A DNA stretch of 64,000 nt from positions 188,265 through 252,264 of the forward strand of contig DASZXC010000008.1 in assembly GCA_035546035.1 (NCBI GenBank), given 5' to 3'. The position numbers and the translations under genes were made by a program. Each line of letters opens with the position of its first letter. The first letter of the stretch is position 1. The DNA comes from Minisyncoccota bacterium. GTDB lineage: Bacteria; Patescibacteriota; Minisyncoccia; Phycocordibacterales; UBA6065. Shown piece by piece: positions 28,598 through 38,612 of this stretch. Below the pieces are notes generated by a model. That model did not search any database. It was not told the origin of the DNA and worked only from the letters and a program-made list of their open reading frames with translations.

Positions 28598-29923
28598 TTA
28601 CTGAGCGAGAGCCAGGGTTTTGTCTTTGTAAATTATTCTCGACTTCAAGCTACCCAATAATTCTCGTTTCTCTATAATCGAACCCTCTTTCAGAATATAT
28701 TTTGCATAATTTTTAATATCAGTCTCGGTATTATTTTTGACTTTATCTTGGCTTCCTAAGACCGATCTTTGGAAGATGTTGAATCGGCTGATTTCTTCCT
28801 CGAGTTTTCGTCTCATACCAAGTTCGTTTATATCAAGAAGATCTATTATCTTCAGGAGCCCGGAAATTAGCTCCTCCTCTCGTATATAAGTATTCTTGCA
28901 ATTGCGATCTCGCGCTCTGCTGCAACCATAGTAGACATAGCGATGAGAACCGCCATTTTTACGCTCCTTCCATTTCTCTTCGGCAGACACTCCTGAACCG
29001 CAATGACCGCAGCTGAATAATTTTGTGAAAGCGAACTCTTTGTTTTCACGGACAATCTTATCTCTGGTCAGCTGAGCCTGCGCTTTATCGAAGAGCTCTT
29101 TTGATATCAGGGGAGCGTGTTTGCCCGTATACCAATTGCCGCTGTTCTTCGGACGCTCGAAGACTCCGTAATAGAAAGGGTTGTCGAGTGTGCGATAGAT
29201 GCCGCTCAGGGTGAACGGCTTGTTGCCTCGGGTGTGGAAGTTTAATTCAAATTTCAGCCAGTTGTAGAGCTTCATCCCGCTCCAGTTTTCATACGCGACT
29301 TTTTCGAACATCTGTTTGATGATTGGCGCTCTGATCGGATCAGGTACAACCTGACACTTTTTATCCATCATGTACTGGTTGAGATATCCGAGGGGAGCTA
29401 AGCCTGCCCATAATCCCATCTCCGCTCGAGTTCTGAGTCCGCGCTTCACATTCAGACCTCGATTATCGTTCTCAAGCTTTGCCTGTGATCCCAAGATCAT
29501 GAGGAGGAATTTGTCACTCGGACTATTCGTGAATCGTTGCCCGAACGTTTGGATTTCTTTGAGTTTTCCTGAATCGAGGAGATCGACAACCTTTCCCAGG
29601 TCTCCTGCGTTCCTCGAGATTCGATCTGGAGCCCATGTCAGGATGCTGTTGAATTTCCCTTTACCGATATCATCGATAATCTCATTGAAGATCGGCCGTT
29701 GACCTGTCTCTTTGGCGGAATGCGACTCACGCTTTATTTCTACGACTTCGAGATTATCGCGCGAGGCGAGCTCCAGCATCTCTTTAATCTGCGAATCTAT
29801 GGAAAGCACCTGTCTTTCCTCGGATTCGGTGCTTTTACGCGCGTAAAGGCAGTATTTTGCCTTTATAGGGGCTTGTAAGGGCTTGATAATGACTCCGGCT
29901 GGGGCTTGGGCTATATTGCTCAT
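28598..29923 (-). CDS. Large serine recombinase (paralog of 9711-11042)
   Basis: Shared motifs YARKSTESEERQ, WAPDRISRNAGDLG; Zn ribbon. Confidence 0.93.
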   Translation of the reverse strand: MSNIAQAPAGVIIKPLQAPIKAKYCLYARKSTESEERQVLSIDSQIKEMLELASRDNLEVVEIKRESHSAKETGQRPIFNEIIDDIGKGKFNSILTWAPDRISRNAGDLGKVVDLLDSGKLKEIQTFGQRFTNSPSDKFLLMILGSQAKLENDNRGLNVKRGLRTRAEMGLWAGLAPLGYLNQYMMDKKCQVVPDPIRAPIIKQMFEKVAYENWSGMKLYNWLKFELNFHTRGNKPFTLSGIYRTLDNPFYYGVFERPKNSGNWYTGKHAPLISKELFDKAQAQLTRDKIVRENKEFAFTKLFSCGHCGSGVSAEEKWKERKNGGSHRYVYYGCSRARDRNCKNTYIREEELISGLLKIIDLLDINELGMRRKLEEEISRFNIFQRSVLGSQDKVKNNTETDIKNYAKYILKEGSIIEKRELLGSLKSRIIYKDKTLALAQ

Positions 29924-30117
29924 ATAGCAATCAATGCCGCATCCCGCCCAAAGAGGCTAGTTGGTAACTAATTCCGAGAGATGTTTAATCTTTTGTTAAG
30001 ATTGCTACGCAAAAACATGAAAGAAGAGTGGTATACAAATCATATAAAACAGATCAGGGTAATCGCGGACGCTCGTTATACTCCTGAGTTAAACGTAGAT
30101 CTTCCAATCTCTGATAG

Positions 30118-31257
30118 ATATTCAACAGGGTTACAGAGATTGGTTACGACCCAAAATTGCATGGTGAATTCGATTCCAATGTAAATTATTACGATAGAAG
30201 TGGTAGATCGGAACATAAGGCAGAGAGAATAGGTAAAAAATATCAGTGGATCGCCTATCATGAGTTTATGGCGCTTGTGTCTGACCATTTTGAGTTCAGT
30301 GGCAGACGCTGGGGAGCAACCTCTGAACACTACAAAGGTCCGTGGACGCCTCGGATAAGAGATATTGATCCTTCTTTCATCATGCAAAATGATCGAACTA
30401 ATCAGAAAGTTGCAACGTTTGAAAATTGGAAGAGCAAATCTGGCAAGTACAATGCTTGGAATTTGTCACTAGACGACAAAAGTTGGTTGGAGGTAAAAGA
30501 TGATCTACTCGATCCTAAAAATATAATAGAAATCGCAGATGATGCGGGTAATAAGTGGCTAACTCTACAAGGAATATTCGTTTGGCAGGCAGAAACTGCT
30601 CCGGAGCATAAAAAATACGATATACCGACGCGAGAGGTCTTCTATATCCTCAAAAGTTTCATTATCAGAAAAAGTGACTATGAAAAAACACTATCCTGGC
30701 TTAATGCCAAGGGCTTCGGCAACTGGTTGCCAGAGTCTCACCAGTTCTACGAGACATTTATTGGTGAATACCCTAATTCTTTTGCCTTCGATGATTTAAG
30801 AGGCGACTATAATATTTGGAGGAAAGCAAATGATAAGCTTGATGTACCGCTCGTCGTTACTGACGATGCTTATCTAAATGAATTCACGCTCGACTGTTCG
30901 CATGAAGGGGCTGTATCTGTAAGAATGCCCTCAAAGTTTATAGTAAATGAGATGCAATTGGTGCAGAAAAATCTCGACGGTATTTTTTCTGACAAAGATA
31001 ATAAGATCATTTCCTATACGACTAACGTTTTCAAGGAATCTTTTCCGTCTGCGCTTCTAATAGATAAAAAGGCGCTCTTAAAGTTTCTTGATGATGCCGG
31101 ATACAAAATATTTTGGACGCTTCTCGGAGAAAAACAGATAATAGGAGGATCGTTAGCGGGAAGAGATTTCAAAGGGAGGTTAGATATTACGGGTACGTAT
31201 GGTTTTCCTGACGACTCCAAATTAAAAGGATCAATGGATACTAGATTTACCTCTTAA
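30118..31257 (+). pseudogene. C-terminal remnant of an Avs2-like STAND NTPase
   Basis: IFNRVTEIGY.P.LHGEFD...ERIGKKYQWIAYHE...RDIDPS; in-frame stops just upstream; no P-loop; low GC. Family recalled from motif, not searched. Confidence 0.55.
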
Positions 31258-31343
31258 ACACTAAGTCTTTGGAGGTATTACACAATCTTTTGTATCTAAG
31301 CTAAGGTACTGACTGGTATCTCTTTTTGGGATATCATGTAGTT

Positions 31344-31506
31344 ACAACTGAATAAAAAAGTAGCCTAAACCCTCGAGAAATCGGCGGCATGGCGAAGGAA
31401 ATCCGATTAAGTATAAAAAGGCCCCCATCAGGGCTACTTAATCGGTCATATCAGGAAACTGGTATGGATAGCCTTCGGGCTATCACCTGGTGTGGGGCTT
31501 TTTGTA
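31344..31506 (+). ncRNA. Structured leader/antisense RNA, copy 2
   Basis: Same topology as 18799-18975 with different sequence; GAAA and cUUCGg tetraloops. Confidence 0.72.
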
Positions 31507-31547
31507 TTCAAAGAGCCTTCCGGGATTACCAGTTAGCAGGCTCTTAT

Positions 31548-31946
31548 ATGTTTTTCTTTATTTGGTTAGGGTTGTCTATGTTGGTGGGCGCGTATGCGAG
31601 CAACAGAAAAACTGCGGGAGGATTCTTCCTTGGATTTTTTGTCTCCATGGTTTTTTCTCCTCTTGTTGGTTTTGTGGCGGTAGCAGTCTCTAAGCCTAGT
31701 CAGAGCAGGGTCGAGGCGGGAATGAAGAAATGTATCCATTGCGCCGAGCTTGTTAAGAAGGAGGCGATCAAGTGCAGGTACTGCGGGGCGGATCTTCCAG
31801 TTCAAGAGGAATCTAAGGAGATTGTTGAACCTAAGACAGAGAAGAGTCCGGAGGAGAAGAAATCAGATAGAATCGCGGCCATTTCAGTGACGGGGTTTAT
31901 ACTGGTTCTTATTCTCATCTTCTATCTTCTGACGAAGTTCCGCTAG
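31548..31946 (+). CDS. Membrane protein with zinc ribbon
   Basis: TM helices, CIHC...CRYC; start reassigned to ATG 31548. Confidence 0.75.
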   Translation: MFFFIWLGLSMLVGAYASNRKTAGGFFLGFFVSMVFSPLVGFVAVAVSKPSQSRVEAGMKKCIHCAELVKKEAIKCRYCGADLPVQEESKEIVEPKTEKSPEEKKSDRIAAISVTGFILVLILIFYLLTKFR

Positions 31947-32603
31947 CTTGGCGTCTCGGTAGGGTTTGCTCGCAATGAGTTCTTGAAGATCCTTCTCTCG
32001 CTGTTCCATAAGAGCCTTCTGGATATTCAGTGAGAGGGTGTTTATATCTACATGACCTTGCATTGCATTGTGGAAGTCGAGCTTCTCTAGTAATTCTTTC
32101 TCACGAGGTGTTGTCCCATAGTCATTCGGCATGTATTTCTGCATGAACCATCGGGTTATCATCTTGTCGCCCTCGATCAGAAAGTTACGTACGTTCTCGG
32201 TTGCTATCGTAGTGGTTTCTTTTGCGGGATCTACTGTTTGATGGGGTTTTACTTCTTTCGCCTTCATATATCTTGGGTCGTTATGACTGAGCCAGAACGA
32301 TATGGCGGGCATCTTTCTCTCTCGGATAAGGGAGATGATTTGCGACTCGCACATATCGTTCATGAAGCGTCGGCTGTATTCGCCAGCCTCATCTGCCATC
32401 TTCTTGAACCTCTTGTCGGAGTGATACCAACGGTAAAAGGTCGCACGGGATATACCCGCTTTCTTGCACGCGACCTCTATTACGGGTGTCTCGCGGAGCT
32501 TCTCGAGAAGGAAAGTCTTCTCTTTTCTCTGGCGAGCCGCGATAGAGGCTCTGCGATGCTTTATTGAATCTTCGTGGCCTTGAGTCCCGTTAGATTCTCC
32601 CAT
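31884..32603 (-). CDS. Terminase small subunit-like HTH protein (paralog of 21066-21572)
   Basis: TPVIEVACKKAGISRATFYRW...NDMCESQIIS. Confidence 0.7.
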   Translation of the reverse strand: MGESNGTQGHEDSIKHRRASIAARQRKEKTFLLEKLRETPVIEVACKKAGISRATFYRWYHSDKRFKKMADEAGEYSRRFMNDMCESQIISLIRERKMPAISFWLSHNDPRYMKAKEVKPHQTVDPAKETTTIATENVRNFLIEGDKMITRWFMQKYMPNDYGTTPREKELLEKLDFHNAMQGHVDINTLSLNIQKALMEQREKDLQELIASKPYRDAKLAELRQKIEDENKNQYKPRH

Positions 32604-33895
32604 CGTTTTTTAATTACTTCTGCGTAGACGGGCGACTTTTCCATGAGGAAGCATCGGCGCTTGAGTCGTGTCGAGGCTATAAGCGTCGATCCGCTTCCTC
32701 CGAAGGGCTCGAGGACGAGCTGGCCACGCTTCGTGAGAACTTTGATGTACGGGATCAGTATCTCGACAGGCTTCGTGCCGAAGATGATGCTCTGGCCGGA
32801 CGATTTCTCGTCCGAAGCAACGCATTCGATGAAGTCGGTCGGGCAGTACTTGTTGCCTTTACCGTACGCCTCCCATTGAGGCTTGCCTTGGATGGCGAAG
32901 AGGGCGGTCTGATACTCGTTCTCGAGAAGCGAATCGTCCTCTGGCTCGAGATTGAGTCCAGAATGCTCCTCGCTCGTCCCGACCATGGCTATGTCGTGCT
33001 TGGAGAAGAACTTGAGCTTGCCCGCATAGCCCTGATTCCTGTTGGGGAGGTGCCAGACGAGCATGTTCCTGACCTTCCAATGCTTGGCTAGCTCGGACCA
33101 TATGACGGGAATGTTCTTCCAGTTCTCGTAGACGATGATCGAGAAGTTCTCGGCCTGTACTTTAGCGACGTTTCCCATCCAGAGCTCGGTGAAATCGTCG
33201 GGAATGGACTCGGTCTCGAGGTACCTACGGTTCTTCTTGGTTCCGAAGCCCGTTGTGGCCTCGCCGTTCTTTCCTTTGCCGTGCAGGTAGTCGAGGATGT
33301 ACGGTGGATCGGTCATGACCATGTCTATCTTCTCGTCTCCGCAGAGCTTCAGCATGTCGGCCTCGATAGTCGAGTCGCCGCACATAAGCTTTGAGCCGTC
33401 CAGATCGTAGACGTCGCCCTTCTTTATCTCGATGTTGTTTATATCGAGCTTCTCCAGCTCCTTCTGTAGGTCGAAGATCTCTTCTTTCTCGTCCTCACCG
33501 AAGATATTGTCGATCTCCTCTGACGAGAAGCCGACGTCTTGAAGGAAGATCTCGTCGAAATGCTCTTGAAGGAGTTCGAAGTCGAATTCGCCGACAGCTT
33601 TGTTCAAGCGGAGGGAGATCTCTCGCTCCTTGTCGAGATCGGTAATGTTAACGGAGACGACGGGGACGGTCTCAAAGCCCAGCTCCTTCATCATCTCCCA
33701 TTTGAATACGCCGCCAAGGATGACGTTCTCTCGGCTTGGGGCATTGTTGCAGAGCAGTGGATTGAGGCATCCGAACTTCCTCAGCGACTCCTTGAGCTGT
33801 TCGGCTACCTCGGTCGAATGCTTGCGGACGTAATACTCAGGCACTTTCAAGACGCTCGATGGAACATGGTCTACCTTCATGGTTTCTATAGACAT
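32561..33895 (-). CDS. ParB-like domain + DNA methyltransferase
   Basis: TDPPY, GTKP, EPFGGSGST; degenerate ParB N-terminus. Confidence 0.9.
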   Translation of the reverse strand: MSIETMKVDHVPSSVLKVPEYYVRKHSTEVAEQLKESLRKFGCLNPLLCNNAPSRENVILGGVFKWEMMKELGFETVPVVSVNITDLDKEREISLRLNKAVGEFDFELLQEHFDEIFLQDVGFSSEEIDNIFGEDEKEEIFDLQKELEKLDINNIEIKKGDVYDLDGSKLMCGDSTIEADMLKLCGDEKIDMVMTDPPYILDYLHGKGKNGEATTGFGTKKNRRYLETESIPDDFTELWMGNVAKVQAENFSIIVYENWKNIPVIWSELAKHWKVRNMLVWHLPNRNQGYAGKLKFFSKHDIAMVGTSEEHSGLNLEPEDDSLLENEYQTALFAIQGKPQWEAYGKGNKYCPTDFIECVASDEKSSGQSIIFGTKPVEILIPYIKVLTKRGQLVLEPFGGSGSTLIASTRLKRRCFLMEKSPVYAEVIKKRWENLTGLKATKIQ

Positions 33896-34145
33896 ATTTT
33901 TACTGGCTTAACCGACGTGATAAGAGGTCATATGTGTTTGATGAATCCTTTTACAATTTAGGTGGTACAGCTAAGGTGAGACCCCTCTCGATTTCGGCGT
34001 ATGCGCATATGCCGATCCTTAACCTCGCATATTAAGTATAGCGGGGAGGGGTCGAATTTGTTCTTTCCCTCGGAAGGAGTAGAGTGTGTGGGCAAATAAG
34101 GCCCATGGCACCTACGTGTGTCTCATTTGTCTCATTTACCATCCC

Positions 34146-34535
34146 GTGAACGCAACCAGCACTGATTTCGCAAAGACTTTTCCAAGAGACGTCGCCAAAA
34201 TGATGATCGATGCTTTTGCGTCGGGTACTAAAATGGCCGCCGAGATGATCTGGGGAGTGGTACGTGAACTTCTTGCTCAACACTGGCTCGCTGTAATCGG
34301 TATCGTTCTCTTGATTTTGTTCATGGCTTTTGCTGAATACCTCTTCACAGGCCGCTGGAAGATGCTTGGTCAGGTCCTCTATAGGATTATCAACTGGGGA
34401 TCGTTGCTAGCCATAGTATCTATATTCGGTCTCGGCATATTCACGAGCGATTGGGCCGATATCTATCTCGCTCTCGTGGGTATAGCTAGCTATTTATTCG
34501 TGGGGTGGCTGTTGCGCCGCGTTGGTATTCGATAA
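34146..34535 (+). CDS. Membrane hypothetical protein (start uncertain)
   Basis: Hydrophobic ORF. Confidence 0.55.
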   Translation: MNATSTDFAKTFPRDVAKMMIDAFASGTKMAAEMIWGVVRELLAQHWLAVIGIVLLILFMAFAEYLFTGRWKMLGQVLYRIINWGSLLAIVSIFGLGIFTSDWADIYLALVGIASYLFVGWLLRRVGIR

Positions 34536-34539
34536 ATTT

Positions 34540-35388
34540 ATGCCTCCAGAAAAACCCAAACGCAAAAGCCTCATAACCCAGTTCTACGTTCAGGCGAACG
34601 ACAGGACTTTTCACCAGCTCGTGAAGCTCATGGTCGATTTGGTCGACGGCGAGATGAACGAGATCAAGCTTATTTTAAAATATTCAGGCCTGAAGTATGG
34701 CCCGAGTCCGATGGTTGATACCGTTACCGGAAAGAAGTTTGGGCAAGATGGGCCAAGAATGCCTCTTCAAGGGGATCAGATCGAGATCTCATATCACAAA
34801 GATGGGGCTATTACATACAAAGACCCCGCGAAACAGGATGGTCATAAGCACATAAGCAAGCGCGCCTACATTCGACCTTTCAAAAAGATTAAGGAGCCGC
34901 AGATGTTTTTTAGTATCACAGGCTGGCAAATAAATTATCCGCCCGCTAAGGTACCGAAGCCTGGTAATGGGCGTGAAGAGATTGTGTTTGGACTCGGCCC
35001 TTCCTTTGCGCCAAGCGATAACATCAACTGTGTGATCTACATATCTAATGGATATGCGGCCTTCAATATCCCTGAGTGGAACGCTCATTTGTTTCCTGAT
35101 GCGCCAGAACATATTCAATTTCCGGTTGAGGGAACTAATTTGATCCTGACCTTCTTTTTCTGGAGGTTCCAAGGAAATTCGACAGAGGCCACATTCTCTA
35201 TTCGTACCGATACTTGGAAGGATAGGCTGAAGCGTCTTTATTTTGGGATTAAGCTGGGCCGCGCCTACCCGATGTTTCGAGATACGCTCATCAAGCTTCG
35301 CTACAAGATAGTTCCCAAAAAGATTCCGCCTGGCACCGTGCACCAATCTCAGGAATATAAACCACAGGACCCCAACCCACGTACCTAA
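34540..35388 (+). CDS. Hypothetical protein
   Basis: ~282-aa ORF whose stop lies in the 16-bp direct repeat. Confidence 0.65.
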   Translation: MPPEKPKRKSLITQFYVQANDRTFHQLVKLMVDLVDGEMNEIKLILKYSGLKYGPSPMVDTVTGKKFGQDGPRMPLQGDQIEISYHKDGAITYKDPAKQDGHKHISKRAYIRPFKKIKEPQMFFSITGWQINYPPAKVPKPGNGREEIVFGLGPSFAPSDNINCVIYISNGYAAFNIPEWNAHLFPDAPEHIQFPVEGTNLILTFFFWRFQGNSTEATFSIRTDTWKDRLKRLYFGIKLGRAYPMFRDTLIKLRYKIVPKKIPPGTVHQSQEYKPQDPNPRT

Positions 35389-35558
35389 ATTGCAGAGGCG
35401 AAATGGTGCTAAAATACCCTTACAACGGTTGGGCCTACATTTACTTAACCCGCCATCACCGCAACAAGGAAGATATCCGATGAGTCCCTCATGTCGAAAA
35501 TGGCATTCGCTGTAAAGAAAAAACACCGCGTAAGCGGTGTTTCGCCTTTAAAAAAGAC

Positions 35559-35975
35559 TTACGTCACTTTATCGAGGTCTTGCGTCCTGATCTTCTCGAC
35601 ATGGTGGGACGGGAGCGCGATCCTGTCGACTATATCCGAATCGTTGTCTTGCCGCGCATCCTCGAGTACGATAAATCTTTCGCCATTATCGGGATCTGTC
35701 ACGAGCCTTCCTTCCCAGACTTCGCCGTCGATGAGGTCGACACGTACCGTCTTGCCGACAAGCGCGCAAAGATTCTCTTCGCTGCCCGTTTCCTTTTCTT
35801 TGTCTTTCTTGCCGGGACTCGCCGCATGGAACATTATCGAGCTTCCGATGATGCCAATGAGGACGACTAGCAAGGCCGCGACATATTTCCAATTGACGCC
35901 GATAATCAACAAAGCTCCGCAAATCGAAGCCAGGAGAATGGCGATTCCAATAGATTTGAGCAGTTTGTTTTTCAT
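35559..35975 (-). CDS. Membrane protein with Sm/LSm-like C-terminal domain
   Basis: Two TM helices, then LVGKTVRVDLIDGEVWEGRL...IVLEDA. Confidence 0.6.
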   Translation of the reverse strand: MKNKLLKSIGIAILLASICGALLIIGVNWKYVAALLVVLIGIIGSSIMFHAASPGKKDKEKETGSEENLCALVGKTVRVDLIDGEVWEGRLVTDPDNGERFIVLEDARQDNDSDIVDRIALPSHHVEKIRTQDLDKVT

Positions 35976-36134
35976 AAGATCGATCTAAAGAAAGATTAGC
36001 ACTGCATAGTGCAAAGTCAAAAACAGCTTAAGGGTCGCTTTTAAACTTAGATGAGAAAGGAGGGCTGCGTGATCGGCTAGTTGTATAAAAAAGCCCGAGA
36101 AGAACTCGGGCTCTGAGAAAGAACTATGAATGGC

Positions 36135-37349
36135 CTATAGGCCGGTCGCTTCTGCCGGTGCCGGATTCTGCGCTTCTGCAGCCGAGGCCGGCCGCATCGT
36201 TCGCTTTGTCGAACCTGATCCGTCAGGGAGATCGCCTGAAGGCACCGTCGAGAACCTGTCTTTGAGCTTCAGGAACGGCAGCTCGAACCACCGATAAGAT
36301 GCCATCGCGAGGGCGAGCGTCACGAACGCCGAGAGCCCAACGAAGGATCCGGCCCGCGCGATGCGCACCCACAAATCCCTGGTCCCTGCGTCTGGAAGGA
36401 GCGCATCGACCGCGAACAAGACCGGCGGATGGAATACGTACAGGCCGTAGCTGATCTTCCCGAGGTAGGATAATGATTCCGGGACCTTCACGAGCCGTTG
36501 CCCGTAAACTGCGCCGAACAGGCATAGGCAACAAAGGGCCGCGAGCGGGTAAAACGTCAACGCTCCCCATGCGACCCTGGTGCCCCAAGGCTGGAAGGAA
36601 TCCATGAATAGGAAGAGGAACGGAGGCCCGATCAGTCCCGCCGACAGAAGCAGGAGCCGGACGCGCCCTGATGGAGCCCATCCGCGTTTCCTGATCGCAT
36701 CGGCGAACCATATTCCGGCGAAGATCGCGTCGAGCCGCGCCGGAGAATTGATCCACAGGCCTATCCCTCTGGACACGCAGAACGCCTTGTACGCCGCCGA
36801 GAAGAGAAGGCCGTAAGCGCAGAGCTTGCCGATCCCGATCTCTTTCGGCTTGAACTTCAGCGTCAGCGCCCACACGAAATAGAATTGCTCCTCCATGCCG
36901 ATGGTCCACAAGTGGCCCGTCGTCCCGTTTATGCCGAAGAGCATGAACGAGAAATTGCCGAGGAAGAGCAGGTTCATGACTATGTGGACGCTGCGGATGC
37001 CCGGTTCGAGCGGCTGCCAGACCATGAACACCAGGATGAACCCGAAATACAATGGCCAAATCCGAAGCGCGCGCCTCCAGAAGAAATCGCCGAGACGGAA
37101 ATCGCCTCCGCGCATCTCGCGTTCCCTGAGGATGAGCGTGGTGATGAGAAAGGCGCTGATGCAGAAGAACAGGTCGACGCCGATCGATCCGGAACGGATG
37201 ATCGCGGCGAGCAGGCGCTGCGGCCCCGGCGGCAGGTTGGCGACGAATCCTCCTTTTCCCATGAACTGCACAGACGCATGCAGGGAAAAGACGGACGCGC
37301 ATGCCCAAAACCGGAGCGCGTCCAGTTCCGGACAATAGAATCTTTTCAT
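36135..37349 (-). CDS. Acyltransferase 3 family (OafA-like)
   Basis: LDALR, GVDLFFCISAFLI, RRALRIWP, HLWTIGMEEQFY, GKISYGLYVFH. Confidence 0.92.
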   Translation of the reverse strand: MKRFYCPELDALRFWACASVFSLHASVQFMGKGGFVANLPPGPQRLLAAIIRSGSIGVDLFFCISAFLITTLILREREMRGGDFRLGDFFWRRALRIWPLYFGFILVFMVWQPLEPGIRSVHIVMNLLFLGNFSFMLFGINGTTGHLWTIGMEEQFYFVWALTLKFKPKEIGIGKLCAYGLLFSAAYKAFCVSRGIGLWINSPARLDAIFAGIWFADAIRKRGWAPSGRVRLLLLSAGLIGPPFLFLFMDSFQPWGTRVAWGALTFYPLAALCCLCLFGAVYGQRLVKVPESLSYLGKISYGLYVFHPPVLFAVDALLPDAGTRDLWVRIARAGSFVGLSAFVTLALAMASYRWFELPFLKLKDRFSTVPSGDLPDGSGSTKRTMRPASAAEAQNPAPAEATGL

Positions 37350-37604
37350 AATGAAGCTGTAAAAGAACTGGCACGTTCCGCCGCACCATGCGACGGTATC
37401 GAGTATGCATCAAAGAATACATCTATAATACAATTTTGTCAATATAAGGCCGAGGAAAGCGGCCCCCGCCTCTCGGCCTCACGCGCTCGATGGGGGGGTT
37501 ACCGGCATGGCATCGGGGTCGGTCGCCTGATGCCCGCGGCCATACACAGGATCGCTTTCCTGTCCTGCTGTGGTGGGACAGGCTAGGTCTGTTAGAATGC
37601 CTCT

Positions 37605-37853
37605 ATGGCCAAGAGAATATCACAAGGCGTCGTGCATACATTGCCCCGGGATATGCGGAAAGCCCTTGCTTCATCCAAAGCGGCTCTTGAGGCGTGGGAA
37701 AGCCTCACGCCCCTCGCGAGGAACGAATGGATCTGCTGGGTCGAGTCGGTCAAGAAGCAAGAGACGAGGGACAATCATGTGAGGAGGGTCCGCGAGGAGC
37801 TCGTCGAAGGCAAGCGCAGGCCGTGCTGCTGGGCGGGATGCCCTCATCGCTGA
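37605..37853 (+). CDS. YdeI/OmpD-associated family protein
   Basis: WESLTPLARNEWICWVESVKKQETR. Confidence 0.8.
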   Translation: MAKRISQGVVHTLPRDMRKALASSKAALEAWESLTPLARNEWICWVESVKKQETRDNHVRRVREELVEGKRRPCCWAGCPHR

Positions 37854-37856
37854 TAT

Positions 37857-38600
37857 ATGCGGCCGGATCTCGACAAAAGCATCTTTCCTATCGACGGCTT
37901 CCAGGCGCTCGATAATTTCTCCGCTCACGCGATCGCTCTCTGGGGCAGGGAGTTTCCGACCGCAGAGCATGCGTTCCAATGGAAGAAATTCTCCTATATC
38001 CGTCCGGACATAGCGGAGAGAATCTTTTCTGCGAAGAGTCCGGACGAAGCGAAGTCTATCGCGAAGGCTTCCAAAGCCGATCGTTCCGCAGATTGGAATG
38101 AAAGGAAAGTCTCGGTCATGGAGGAAATACTCAAGGCAAAGGTTTCGCAACACGCCGATGTCCGAGAGACTCTGATCGAGACGGGTGAGCGTACTATAAT
38201 AGAGAACTCTCCCGCGGATAGTTTCTGGGGAATCGGTCCGAATAAGGACGGACAGAATATGGTCGGCAAGATATGGATGGACATAAGGAATTCATATATG
38301 AAAAACACGCAAAAGAAGATCTGGTTCAGGCGCAAGATATTCGGCTGGGGCTGGACCCCGGTGACATGGCAGGGCTGGGCGGTCACGTTCGGGTATGTCG
38401 CTGCCCTCATAGGCTTATCCTTTTTTATAAACGGACAGGCGTCATCGCGCCAAACGGCATCCGTGTTCGCTATTTCGGCGGCGATTCTTACGTTTCTGAT
38501 GATCTTCATCGCCTACAGAACCGGCGAAAAGCCGCGCTGGCAGTGGGGCCGGGATATGGGCGATCCTTCTGGCGCCTCGTCTGACAAAGACGCGCGCTGA
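37857..38600 (+). CDS. NADAR family protein with C-terminal membrane domain
   Basis: LDNF, PTAEHAFQWKKF, DW, DSFWG, GQNMVGKIWM. Confidence 0.85.
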   Translation: MRPDLDKSIFPIDGFQALDNFSAHAIALWGREFPTAEHAFQWKKFSYIRPDIAERIFSAKSPDEAKSIAKASKADRSADWNERKVSVMEEILKAKVSQHADVRETLIETGERTIIENSPADSFWGIGPNKDGQNMVGKIWMDIRNSYMKNTQKKIWFRRKIFGWGWTPVTWQGWAVTFGYVAALIGLSFFINGQASSRQTASVFAISAAILTFLMIFIAYRTGEKPRWQWGRDMGDPSGASSDKDAR

Positions 38601-38612
38601 TATAATCGATGC

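Larger units (their letters stand above)
28544..35465. mobile_element. Integrative element 2 (reduced paralog of element 1)
   Basis: Recombinase, leader RNA + membrane gene, TerS-like, ParB-MTase; 16-bp direct repeat at 28544-28559 and 35374-35389. Confidence 0.65.

Noticed and set aside
31389-31547. N-terminal extension of the zinc-ribbon membrane ORF
   Set aside because: Coincides with the conserved structured RNA
36223-37422. 399-aa ORF overlapping the acyltransferase, and long antisense ORFs across 40146-60755
   Set aside because: Alternative-frame artefacts of GC-rich codon usage, with no recognisable motifs
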